In this document: positions 44,499 through 52,265 of the stretch, in pieces
Layout of the letters: each line of letters opens with the position of its first letter
Position numbering within the stretch: the stretch's first letter is position 1
Virus record (IMG/VR): IMGVR_UViG_3300029267_006021
Length of the DNA stretch: 64,000 bases
Origin: a virus
Reading direction: 5' to 3' (one strand)
The notes under the pieces: model-generated
The model's database searches: none
What the model saw: only the letters and a program-made list of their open reading frames with translations
What the model was told of the DNA's origin: nothing
Translations under genes and position numbers: made by a program

Positions 44499-45626
44499 AT
44501 GAAGAGAACAATTAAAATTCGAGTGACATCAGAAAGGCCAGAGGATCTTCTATCTCTTATGGAATCTTATAGTCAAATTTACCAAATACATTCTAACTGG
44601 GCTTTTCAAAATAAAACCTACTCAAAACAAAAAGCACACGAATCTCTTTATCTAGATATCAGAAGATGTTATACAGATATACCATCGGCCTTAATTCAAT
44701 GTGCTAGAGATAATGCTCTAGAATCAGTCAAAGCAATTAAATTTAAAAGACAACCTAAACCTAAAAGATATGCCACTATCAGATATGACCGCAGAACCGC
44801 AACTCTAAGAGGGGAGCAACTTACTATTTCTTCAATAGGTAAAAGACAAAAATTTATTTTGACTATACCAAATTATTTTAAAGATATTTTGAACACTTGG
44901 AAATTTACAGGTTGTACTTTGTCATATAATAAGAAAAAACAATTTTGGTGCCATTTGAACTTTGAAAAAGAATCTCCAAACAAACAAACAGGTAAGGCTT
45001 TAGGCATTGACCTTGGCATTCATAATATGGCGATGACATCAGATGGAGATAAATTTTCAGGCAAAGAAGTTAAAGCCCACAGAAGACGCTACCTTTACAA
45101 TAGAAAAACCCTGCAGACAAAAGGCACTCCTTCAGCCAAAAGAAAGTTAAAACAACTTTCTGGTAAGGAGAAGCGGTTCAGTCAGCAGGTTAATCATAAC
45201 ATTTCAAAACAACTTGTTCATCTCCCAGTTTGTGTTCTTGTGTTAGAAGATTTGTCTAAGATAAATAAAAAGAAGGGTAAACATTATAACAAACGCATTT
45301 CTGATTGGTCATTTGCGCAGCTTCAAAAGTTTATCTTCTATAAGGCTGAGGCTCTGGGTAAGACTGTTGTATTTGTTGATGCTAGATATACGTCACAAAA
45401 GTGTAACTGTTGCGGATATGTCTCTAAAACAAATCGAAACAAAAACAAATTTACTTGTATTAAATGTGGTTACTCAGAACATGCTGATGTGAATGCTGCA
45501 AAGAACATCAAAGATAATTACAAACTCTCTACCCAAGTAGGTAGAGCAGGGTGCAGTCAATCACCCAAATGTAACACATCTTATGATGTAGTTACAAGCC
45601 TTGGGTCTCGTACCCAAGGTAGTTGA
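44499..45626 (+). CDS. tnpB: RNA-guided endonuclease TnpB
   Basis: RuvC-I GIDLG, RuvC-II VLEDL, zinc ribbon CNCCG/CIKCG, RuvC-III HADVNAAKNI; all three acidic residues intact. Confidence 0.95.
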   Translation: MKRTIKIRVTSERPEDLLSLMESYSQIYQIHSNWAFQNKTYSKQKAHESLYLDIRRCYTDIPSALIQCARDNALESVKAIKFKRQPKPKRYATIRYDRRTATLRGEQLTISSIGKRQKFILTIPNYFKDILNTWKFTGCTLSYNKKKQFWCHLNFEKESPNKQTGKALGIDLGIHNMAMTSDGDKFSGKEVKAHRRRYLYNRKTLQTKGTPSAKRKLKQLSGKEKRFSQQVNHNISKQLVHLPVCVLVLEDLSKINKKKGKHYNKRISDWSFAQLQKFIFYKAEALGKTVVFVDARYTSQKCNCCGYVSKTNRNKNKFTCIKCGYSEHADVNAAKNIKDNYKLSTQVGRAGCSQSPKCNTSYDVVTSLGSRTQGS

Positions 45627-45802
45627 CTCTCACACTTTGCATGAGCAATTTTATCAGAGTGACGATGAAATAACCATCGCTTAAGAAATGTCCAAGGATA
45701 AAATGTTAGACGATAATGCCAAAAATGAAAACGAGGATGTTTCCACCAAGGACGCATCAGACTTAATAAATTAATTGCAATAAGTCTAAAGATCTCTCTC
45801 AT
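45581..45802 (-). CDS. Hypothetical W/H-rich protein whose C-terminus is replaced by IS sequence; possibly the 3' half of 45799-46236
   Basis: Reads into the IS right end at 45627; precise excision would give ...AKCENKFRCKTNHTTLR-stop. Confidence 0.45.
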   Translation of the reverse strand: MREIFRLIAINLLSLMRPWWKHPRFHFWHYRLTFYPWTFLKRWLFHRHSDKIAHAKCESQLPWVRDPRLVTTS

Positions 45803-46236
45803 TTCTTGGAAGTTACCCCTTTTCGATGCATTTCCTGAAAATTATCAACAGGGTTAGAAGCAAGCCTTGCTAAATGCATCATTAATCTAGGAGTCATTTC
45901 CTTTCGCCACACACGCCAAAGAATTGTTGAAGAAACTCCGAATAGCATCTCAAAACAAGAAGTCTGTGGACGGCCTTCTCTATCAAGAAAACATTGTTCA
46001 GTTTCATATTCAAAATCGGCTTCATACATTATTTTTTTGTAATCTTTGGAATCATGCTTAAGTTGCTGGGTGCCAAACCAGTCACAAGAATCATCAAAGC
46101 CATCCTTCTCGGGATCTTTATGCCAAATAATTGCCATTGTCTCTCGGTAACCCTTTGGAAACATCTTCTCTTTACCAGGCCTATGTTTCCACCAAGGATA
46201 TTTAATTTCAAGAACTCGAGTGTATGGATCATGCAA
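45799..46236 (-). CDS. Hypothetical phage protein
   Basis: MHDP...WHKDPEKDGFDDSCDW; 145 aa. Confidence 0.6.
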   Translation of the reverse strand: MHDPYTRVLEIKYPWWKHRPGKEKMFPKGYRETMAIIWHKDPEKDGFDDSCDWFGTQQLKHDSKDYKKIMYEADFEYETEQCFLDREGRPQTSCFEMLFGVSSTILWRVWRKEMTPRLMMHLARLASNPVDNFQEMHRKGVTSKK

Positions 46237-46256
46237 TAGAATACCCCTTTAATTTG

Positions 46257-46517
46257 TTAAAGATTATAGCGGTGCCGAACTAATTCAAGGTTTTCTGCAA
46301 TTTCTTTTGCTGCTTCTTCTTTCATATTTGGGTAGTTCTTATGAATCGATTCTACTAAGGTTTTAATTTCGAGCAAAGAACCTTCTTTGAGAATATCAAA
46401 TTCTTGGCGCATTCTTTTTAATTCCTGCCGTAATTGAGATATCTCGCTATCCATCTCTAATGCAATTGAAGCAATCCATTCTGAGCGTGTCATTTCACTA
46501 GCTTTTTCGTCTGGCAA
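46257..46517 (-). CDS. Hypothetical coiled-coil protein
   Basis: GGAG RBS, TTG start. Confidence 0.5.
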   Translation of the reverse strand: MPDEKASEMTRSEWIASIALEMDSEISQLRQELKRMRQEFDILKEGSLLEIKTLVESIHKNYPNMKEEAAKEIAENLELVRHRYNL

Positions 46518-46537
46518 GATTAATCTCCGCTATCATT

Positions 46538-46900
46538 TTAGATATTTTTGAATGAATTGGTATTAGACCACCCAAAAGGATAAGCTTTTGCTTCCGGCAA
46601 CGCAGCCAAGATGTTCTGAACCCCTGATTTATTAAGGCTGTGTACCCATATCCTGGGAGGTTTAAAATGAGGATTTAATTCAAGCCATTGGGCTACTGCA
46701 TAACCAGTCCCTACCCCAGATTCAACCATTTCTTTGCCCCCGAGATCATGATCAAGCCATAACTCATCCCATTGTTTTTCCTGAAGTTGTTCTATACAAT
46801 CAGTAACAGTATCAACTATAACTACTGTACTTCCAATGAATTTCTGCCGAAATGCTTTGACACGTTCTGGATTATCTTCGAGTATTAGAATCTGGGCCAT
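46538..46900 (-). CDS. Cyclic-phosphate-processing receiver-like domain protein (cREC)
   Basis: ILILEDNPER, LWLDHDLG, TGYAVAQWL, VHSLN pattern. Confidence 0.75.
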   Translation of the reverse strand: MAQILILEDNPERVKAFRQKFIGSTVVIVDTVTDCIEQLQEKQWDELWLDHDLGGKEMVESGVGTGYAVAQWLELNPHFKPPRIWVHSLNKSGVQNILAALPEAKAYPFGWSNTNSFKNI

Positions 46901-46936
46901 TTTAAAACCTCTACTATTTTACAATTGAAACCAAGA

Positions 46937-47488
46937 TCAATCAACCAAATTAACAATCACTTTTCTATTCTTACTTAGCACATAAAAATGACTATTTAAA
47001 TGCCCTTCAGGGAAGAGATCTAATCTACAAACCATAACAGATGACCAAAGTATGGCCATAAAACCATATTTAATAAGAGAAGGACTCATAATTAAATCGA
47101 GTACATCCCTTCCAAATCTTCTAATGTCTGAATAGATCTTAGGGGTGAAAACACAAGCAATAACTCGTTCATCTTTTTCTTCGATTTTAGCAAAAACATC
47201 TGATAAATTGTCTGGAGTGAGGGTTTTTAACTTCTGCTTCATAACAATATCATTGTCGGATATGCTTATTCGAACCTTGATTAAATCAAGAAAATCTGGT
47301 GCTAAAATATCTAAAGGCCAAACAAATTGCTCTGAGTTAGTTTTAAGTCTTAAAATTAACTCAGAGTTGCTTGGAATCTTTTCGACTAATTCATTCTTTT
47401 GTAATTGACGTGCTTGAGCAGGATATAGATCAATAAGTTCAGTAAGATTTGGTGCTAAAAGTTTAATTTTTGTGCTCGTGTTAGACAT
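46937..47488 (-). CDS. Truncated paralogue of the major capsid protein
   Basis: LSDVFAKIEEKDERVIACVFTPKIYSDIRRFGRDVLD aligns ungapped with MCP LADAFALIERHDLRVARLFFNARDYTDVRKFGRDILD. Confidence 0.75.
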   Translation of the reverse strand: MSNTSTKIKLLAPNLTELIDLYPAQARQLQKNELVEKIPSNSELILRLKTNSEQFVWPLDILAPDFLDLIKVRISISDNDIVMKQKLKTLTPDNLSDVFAKIEEKDERVIACVFTPKIYSDIRRFGRDVLDLIMSPSLIKYGFMAILWSSVMVCRLDLFPEGHLNSHFYVLSKNRKVIVNLVD

Positions 47489-47834
47489 GGATAAGGCCTT
47501 CTAAAATAAGACGAAGTTATCTCACCTAACTAGGAGGCGGTCTAAAATCTTAACCAAACTTTGGTTAGTGCTAATTATACAAAGTGGGGTTAGTATAAGT
47601 TTGATGTTTTCACTTTAGGGTCTCCTTTCTCTGATGTCTTAACTGATCTATTTTTTGTACCCAGCATTGGGAGTGAATATTTCTTTATCTAATGTTTCTC
47701 TTATTTCTCCCATCGCCCACAATTTGCTTTCGCCTGCCCTCTGGCACATCAATCCAACAAAAGCATTCGCCGTCGCCGGAAGCACGACTCCTGAAAACTA
47801 TTACGTTTTCCATCTTAACTCTCCTCTCCTACTG

Positions 47835-48062
47835 TTAAATTCCCCTTAGTGTCTGCTGATATGCAAGATTCTCCAAGCGCTCATCCTCCAGGGACTTCCG
47901 TGCAAGGTTAAGCCCATGTAGGATCAGCCGCTTCCTCTGGTGCTCTTTCGAGCAACAAGCGCAATCGTAGCCACCATAAAGAAGGTAGACCCTTGCAGAT
48001 TCAAGATCGCTCCATGTTAGTGCTGTCTTCATTGTACTTTTCCCTACAGTAGGTTTGGCCAC
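47835..48062 (-). CDS. Hypothetical protein
   Basis: Co-oriented small ORF in the GC-richer island. Confidence 0.45.
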   Translation of the reverse strand: MAKPTVGKSTMKTALTWSDLESARVYLLYGGYDCACCSKEHQRKRLILHGLNLARKSLEDERLENLAYQQTLRGI

Positions 48063-48241
48063 ACATCAGGAGCCTGACTCATTTTAGCCTGAATGTTGCG
48101 TCGTACCCTGTCAATGACTGGCCCTGGACCAGTCCGACGTCGAATCTCATCAATGGTACGAATCCTTCCACAAGAACGACATTGCCATAAATCGCCCCAC
48201 GCTTTCTCCCACTGGATTTCTCCGCATTCGCATTCGTTCAT
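48044..48241 (-). CDS. Small zinc-ribbon protein
   Basis: CECG...CRSCG; GAGG RBS. Confidence 0.55.
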   Translation of the reverse strand: MNECECGEIQWEKAWGDLWQCRSCGRIRTIDEIRRRTGPGPVIDRVRRNIQAKMSQAPDVWPNLL

Positions 48242-48275
48242 TGCACTTTACCTCAACTGTTCAAGTAAACTGCCT

Positions 48276-48485
48276 TCATTGCTTTTCGAACATTTTGTCT
48301 TTTGCCTGCTGCATGTCATCCAAAATAATTAAGATGTCCTCACAGACGGCAATCATCAGGTTTCGATTTTCTGCGGGAAGATCCTCCCACGGCACAGCCG
48401 TTTCGGGCCGGGTTTTGTACCCAAACTCCGGAGCCCGCTCTTCGTATCTCTTATGGAAAAACCTTGCCATTCGAACTGCGTTCAT
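48276..48485 (-). CDS. Hypothetical phage protein
   Basis: AGGAGAG RBS before MNAVRM; FHKRYEERAPEFGYKTR...LMIAVC. Confidence 0.65.
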   Translation of the reverse strand: MNAVRMARFFHKRYEERAPEFGYKTRPETAVPWEDLPAENRNLMIAVCEDILIILDDMQQAKDKMFEKQ

Positions 48486-48579
48486 CTTCACTCTCCTATT
48501 ATCTTGCAACGTCTCTTGAAACCTGATATCATACTCCTGTCAACCAAACCCGGGCCTCAGCATCGTGCTGGGGCCTTCT

Positions 48580-48912
48580 TTATTGCTCTCGTACAGAACT
48601 GCCTTGCTCTTTTACGGAAGTGTATTGCAGATCCGCTGCAAACACAGCAAACGTGCGAGCCATCTCCAGAAGACGAGACTTGCACCTCTCATAAATTACC
48701 GGTAGATCGTCGTCATTGTCCCATGTGTCATCGTTCTCCGAGTCCCAAATGACCTCGCGCCCCAACATGATTTGGAAGTAACCAGAACATGGGGCGCACA
48801 AGTAGGCGAACATTGGTGCCTCTCCGTTTACAGCAAAAAGATTCTCTTCGAATTCGTCCGCGAGAAGGTCAACTGCTCGCTCCACTTCCTTGCGTAGTTC
48901 TTTGTATGCCAT
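48580..48912 (-). CDS. Hypothetical protein
   Basis: GGAGGAG RBS; 110 aa. Confidence 0.65.
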   Translation of the reverse strand: MAYKELRKEVERAVDLLADEFEENLFAVNGEAPMFAYLCAPCSGYFQIMLGREVIWDSENDDTWDNDDDLPVIYERCKSRLLEMARTFAVFAADLQYTSVKEQGSSVREQ

Positions 48913-48958
48913 TACTCCTCCGTTGAACTGCCTTGCTTTTCGTCTGTTTTGTCTTCTT

Positions 48959-49351
48959 TCACTCTTTTGGTAAACTGCTCAATTGTGCTTTGGCCCAGGT
49001 CTTCCACTTGGCTGCGTGGCGTTTGAGTTTTGCCCTGGCCTCGGTCGCGGTCATGCCGTGGTCCCGACGGAAGCGGCGCCAGAGGGTGCGCCTATAATTC
49101 GTGTTGTCGCCTGGGGTCTGGATGTCATTCATGGCCCGGATGTACCACCACCCATCACCGTCCAGGATGGAACATCCATCCGGATCGCCGTGTCTGTTCG
49201 CCGGACACCTCCTGCAATGATAAACGAACCCAGCCTCCGCCCGAAGACCACACACGCACGGACGACAAACGCTCTTACCCCGTGCGATAGCTTCGTATGC
49301 TGGCACCAATCGTTCTAGCACCAGTTCTGCAAACTTTTGTGTCTTAGTCAT
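48959..49351 (-). CDS. Hypothetical Cys-rich protein
   Basis: AAGGA RBS; 130 aa. Confidence 0.55.
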   Translation of the reverse strand: MTKTQKFAELVLERLVPAYEAIARGKSVCRPCVCGLRAEAGFVYHCRRCPANRHGDPDGCSILDGDGWWYIRAMNDIQTPGDNTNYRRTLWRRFRRDHGMTATEARAKLKRHAAKWKTWAKAQLSSLPKE

Positions 49352-49511
49352 TTTTTTATCCTTTTTTTAGTGCGAAAAGTTAAATAAGAGCCGGTGAGCG
49401 GTGGCGTTTTCGCCGGCGCCATATCGCCCCATCGCCACGGAGCACCCCTCGCCGGGGCAAGCACTCCATTTCGTCCGGCCAAGGGACTGGTGAGGAGCAA
49501 ACCAGGCCGAA

Positions 49512-49634
49512 AGGCGCGGGCCGGATTTGAACCGGCTTGAGAGGTTGCTTCCACTATGCAACATGCTGGGGCAAAAATCCCTGTTCTCTCGGGCTGCAAT
49601 TAATGCCCGCGTGTTCCCATCACGCCGCCGCGCC
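49512..49634 (-). ncRNA. tRNA-like structured RNA with a non-canonical anticodon arm and an expanded branched variable region
   Basis: 7 bp acceptor stem GGCGCGG/CCGCGCC, D-like arm GCGTG/CACGC, canonical T-arm GCCGG-TTCAAAT-CCGGC; no encoded CCA. Confidence 0.65.
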
Positions 49635-49659
49635 ATCTTCACTCTCCTGTCAAATTGCC

Positions 49660-49944
49660 TTATTCTCCTGTTATTGCATGATGGGCAGCGCCTGCTCTAC
49701 ACTTTGCACAATCACACCGCCATTCGAGTAAGGCTTTCAATCCTTCTTTGGTCATTTTCCACGACAAGGATTCTGGATATTGATGTCCGCATTTGACACA
49801 TTCCCACAGCAGCCTTGCACCACTACGTTCAGCCGCGCATTCTACGTCTATATCTGCTGGATCATTGGACAATCGCCGTAGGCGCATCAGCACTTCAAGC
49901 ATCGCCGGATTCGGGTATTTACAACGATCAGGTTTACTTGGCAT
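49660..49944 (-). CDS. Hypothetical Cys-rich protein
   Basis: AAGGAG RBS before MPSKPD at 49944; CVKCG, CDCAKC. Confidence 0.55.
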   Translation of the reverse strand: MPSKPDRCKYPNPAMLEVLMRLRRLSNDPADIDVECAAERSGARLLWECVKCGHQYPESLSWKMTKEGLKALLEWRCDCAKCRAGAAHHAITGE

Positions 49945-50173
49945 TTGTTTGCTCCTTACTGAGAATGGATTTATACGGATCAGGATACTCCTGCTCGTAT
50001 TCCGCAAGCATTTCACGAGCGTGCGTTGCCGCATTTTTTGCACGTTCGATTACATCTTCCATGAAGACGCAGGTACCGTAAGGCCCAATATCCTCCAGGG
50101 CCTCAATCGTTTCCGATAGGATCGTCTTGAGGCGAATGCGCGGATCCTGGCGTCTTCTGTGTTTCAGCATCAA
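49934..50173 (-). CDS. Hypothetical protein
   Basis: Co-oriented ORF overlapping the next start. Confidence 0.5.
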   Translation of the reverse strand: MMLKHRRRQDPRIRLKTILSETIEALEDIGPYGTCVFMEDVIERAKNAATHAREMLAEYEQEYPDPYKSILSKEQTNAK

Positions 50174-50203
50174 GTTTCCGTTTCAATTGGACCGTATCTA
50201 TTA

Positions 50204-50893
50204 CTACGTTACGATTGTGCAGCACCTTTCTTTGATTGCATGCCGCAAGATTTGCAATTGTGGCGGGTAAATATCGTCATCGTGTAAATCAACGTCCATG
50301 CCGTGTTCTTTGCTGAGGTAGTCCGAAATCAAAACAGCCAATGTTGACTTTCCAGAACCAACGATGCCGCTGATTGTGATATGAAGATTGGACTGTCTTT
50401 CTATTGTTCTTTCCTTCGTTGAATTGAGCAGATCCAATTGCTGCTTGAGTTCAGATACTTCTTGGCGCAGACGGTCACGCTCCCATCCGATTGCACAAAT
50501 TTTATCTACGATGTGTGTATCACTAACTTTGCCCAGGAAACCGTCTGCAACTTCGTGTGCCTTCTTCAGCCATGTTTCAGCTCGATCTTTTTCGCGGACT
50601 ATCTGTGCTATCGGACGGCCCAGACTTTTGTCTATGATATCGGCGGTATACAACGTTGATTCCCACGTGTTATCTCCGTACTCCGCGCAAAGTTGTCGCA
50701 GTACTTTGATCGTTTCTTCTCGTTCGATAAGAAGCGCGGCCGCTTTGCGCATTTCCTTGTCCGTTCCGGGCTCAATCATATCCAAATGACGTACCGCGTT
50801 GACCATACACTGCAACCATGCGGCGCGTTCGCCTAATTCGAATTTAAGTTCCTCGCGGGCCATCTGTTCTTCATTTGGTTCATCCGGCATCAT
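50204..50893 (-). CDS. Hypothetical coiled-coil protein ending in a P-loop fragment
   Basis: AGGAGG RBS before MMPDEP at 50893; GIVGSGKST near the C-terminus. Confidence 0.6.
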   Translation of the reverse strand: MMPDEPNEEQMAREELKFELGERAAWLQCMVNAVRHLDMIEPGTDKEMRKAAALLIEREETIKVLRQLCAEYGDNTWESTLYTADIIDKSLGRPIAQIVREKDRAETWLKKAHEVADGFLGKVSDTHIVDKICAIGWERDRLRQEVSELKQQLDLLNSTKERTIERQSNLHITISGIVGSGKSTLAVLISDYLSKEHGMDVDLHDDDIYPPQLQILRHAIKERCCTIVT

Positions 50894-51191
50894 CTTCCTC
50901 CTGCTTGAAGTGGTTGAAGCCTTCCATCGTGATATGTAGTTTCCAGTGAAAAGATAATTGCATGTCTTTATCCATGAATGGCACAAAAGGACAATCTGGG
51001 GGAATACGGCGAGCAGCGTACACTACTCCATCTTCTCCGACAAGTTCAAATTCACGGACGTATACTCTTTCACGTGGCATTGGGAAGGTTACATCGTCCG
51101 TGATTATGGCATCGTTCTTGTGAACTACGACGGCATGTACTGCTTCGGATTTGAGATTATCGTCTTTGTTTAACCGGATGTAGTATTTCAT
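50880..51191 (-). CDS. Hypothetical protein
   Basis: AAGGAGG RBS; 103 aa. Confidence 0.65.
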   Translation of the reverse strand: MKYYIRLNKDDNLKSEAVHAVVVHKNDAIITDDVTFPMPRERVYVREFELVGEDGVVYAARRIPPDCPFVPFMDKDMQLSFHWKLHITMEGFNHFKQEEDDAG

Positions 51192-51210
51192 AGTAGCCTC
51201 CTTCAGTCTG

Positions 51211-51510
51211 TCAGTACCGATAGATATGCTTAACTATGAATGGGTAATTTATTGATTGCTTTTTCTCTGAAGAGTTAGATTCAACAAGCCACTCAACATG
51301 TTCCCTGATGTCCGACTCTACGCAATTATCATGATTACTCATTTCAGAATTGATATTGCTACCCCATATACGAATAACATCAACACGCCATGTTTCATTG
51401 TTAACCTCAATGGACAGTTTCTTATCGCCACACCATGCCTCAATTAAATAATCTGAAGTTATTGTTTTGGCGTTATATTGTCTAAGCATTTGCAATATCG
51501 AATGCTTCAT
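51211..51510 (-). CDS. Hypothetical protein
   Basis: AAGGA RBS; 99 aa. Confidence 0.55.
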   Translation of the reverse strand: MKHSILQMLRQYNAKTITSDYLIEAWCGDKKLSIEVNNETWRVDVIRIWGSNINSEMSNHDNCVESDIREHVEWLVESNSSEKKQSINYPFIVKHIYRY

Positions 51511-51552
51511 TTGTTCAGTTCCTTAGTTTTGTCTGTCTTGCTCTCCCGATAT

Positions 51553-51744
51553 TTAGTAATAAAGGAAGTTTCCTTCTCTCGGTTGGGGTTTGGGGTCCGG
51601 ATGTCTATTACGAGCACTTTTGATAATATTTTCCATGAAATTCCGGTCGGTTAGATCATATAGAAGATCAATAAATTTACCGATACAACCCGTCTTAATT
51701 AGGAATTGTGCAAATATTTTCATGTCTTTGGCATTTTCCATCAT
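51553..51744 (-). CDS. Hypothetical protein
   Basis: GGAGG RBS; 63 aa. Confidence 0.5.
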   Translation of the reverse strand: MMENAKDMKIFAQFLIKTGCIGKFIDLLYDLTDRNFMENIIKSARNRHPDPKPQPREGNFLYY

Positions 51745-51883
51745 TCCCTCCCTTAATCTTGCAAATCCAATAAACTGCCTTGTTCAACACTTGCGATTTC
51801 GTAGCAATTGAAGGTGTTCTCGGCTTTCTGCGCCCGTTCGCACGGCTCGTCTGTATCAAGGATTCGCGTTTCCATGGTTCCAC
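51695..51883 (-). CDS. Hypothetical small basic protein
   Basis: Co-oriented ORF only. Confidence 0.3.
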   Translation of the reverse strand: MEPWKRESLIQTSRANGRRKPRTPSIATKSQVLNKAVYWICKIKGGNDGKCQRHENICTIPN

Positions 51884-52040
51884 CTTTCACATGAATCTCA
51901 CCACGCTACTGAATGGTAGAGCAGGAAGCAACCCAACTTAGGATAGCCTTGATCTTTGGTTTCTATGCCTGTGCCGGTCACTGGCCCTGGGTACTCGTCC
52001 CCGACTACATAGACCTTTTGATCTCCCAAACGAAAGCAAT

Positions 52041-52214
52041 CTATTTAGACATAAACGCTTCTACTTGTACCAAGTTTTCGGCTTCGAGAAGCACGCCGTA
52101 TCGTCGCTCTTTCCCTTGGCCTTCGTGTCCTCTGACGATCAGCTTCCCGCGCTCACTTTTTAGGCAGCGACCATGTGATCTTAGGTGCTTCCTGGCTTTC
52201 GAAAATCGGCTCAT
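52041..52214 (-). CDS. Small basic protein missing from the ORF track (57 aa, paralogue of 41914-42144)
   Basis: MSRFSKARKHLRSHGRCLKSERGKLIVRG...LLEAENLVQVEAFMSK; AGGAGAG RBS. Confidence 0.65.
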   Translation of the reverse strand: MSRFSKARKHLRSHGRCLKSERGKLIVRGHEGQGKERRYGVLLEAENLVQVEAFMSK

Positions 52215-52265
52215 CTTCACTCTCCTTAACCCTTGTTGGATTCAATGTTCTTCCTATTTTACAAA

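Larger units (their letters stand above)
43998..45627 (+). mobile_element. IS200/IS605-family insertion sequence (divergent tnpA-tnpB)
   Basis: Near-identical subterminal hairpins ccttgggt-N5-acccaagg at 44015-44035 and 45599-45619; left cleavage site TTAT (43994-43997) with guide AATA; right end TGAC (45624-45627) with guide CAAG; no target-site duplication. Confidence 0.9.

Noticed and set aside
49512-49634. Canonical tRNA, tRNA-Sec or tmRNA
   Set aside because: No 7 nt anticodon loop or UCA anticodon, no G3-U70 pair and no tag ORF; kept only as tRNA-like.
50204-50400. Functional kinase or NTPase from the GIVGSGKST P-loop
   Set aside because: Only about 45 residues follow the Walker A motif, too few for a complete domain.
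48983-50789. Overlapping plus-strand ORFs in the GC-rich island
   Set aside because: Expected by chance at higher GC; the minus-strand ORFs carry the RBSs and tile the region.
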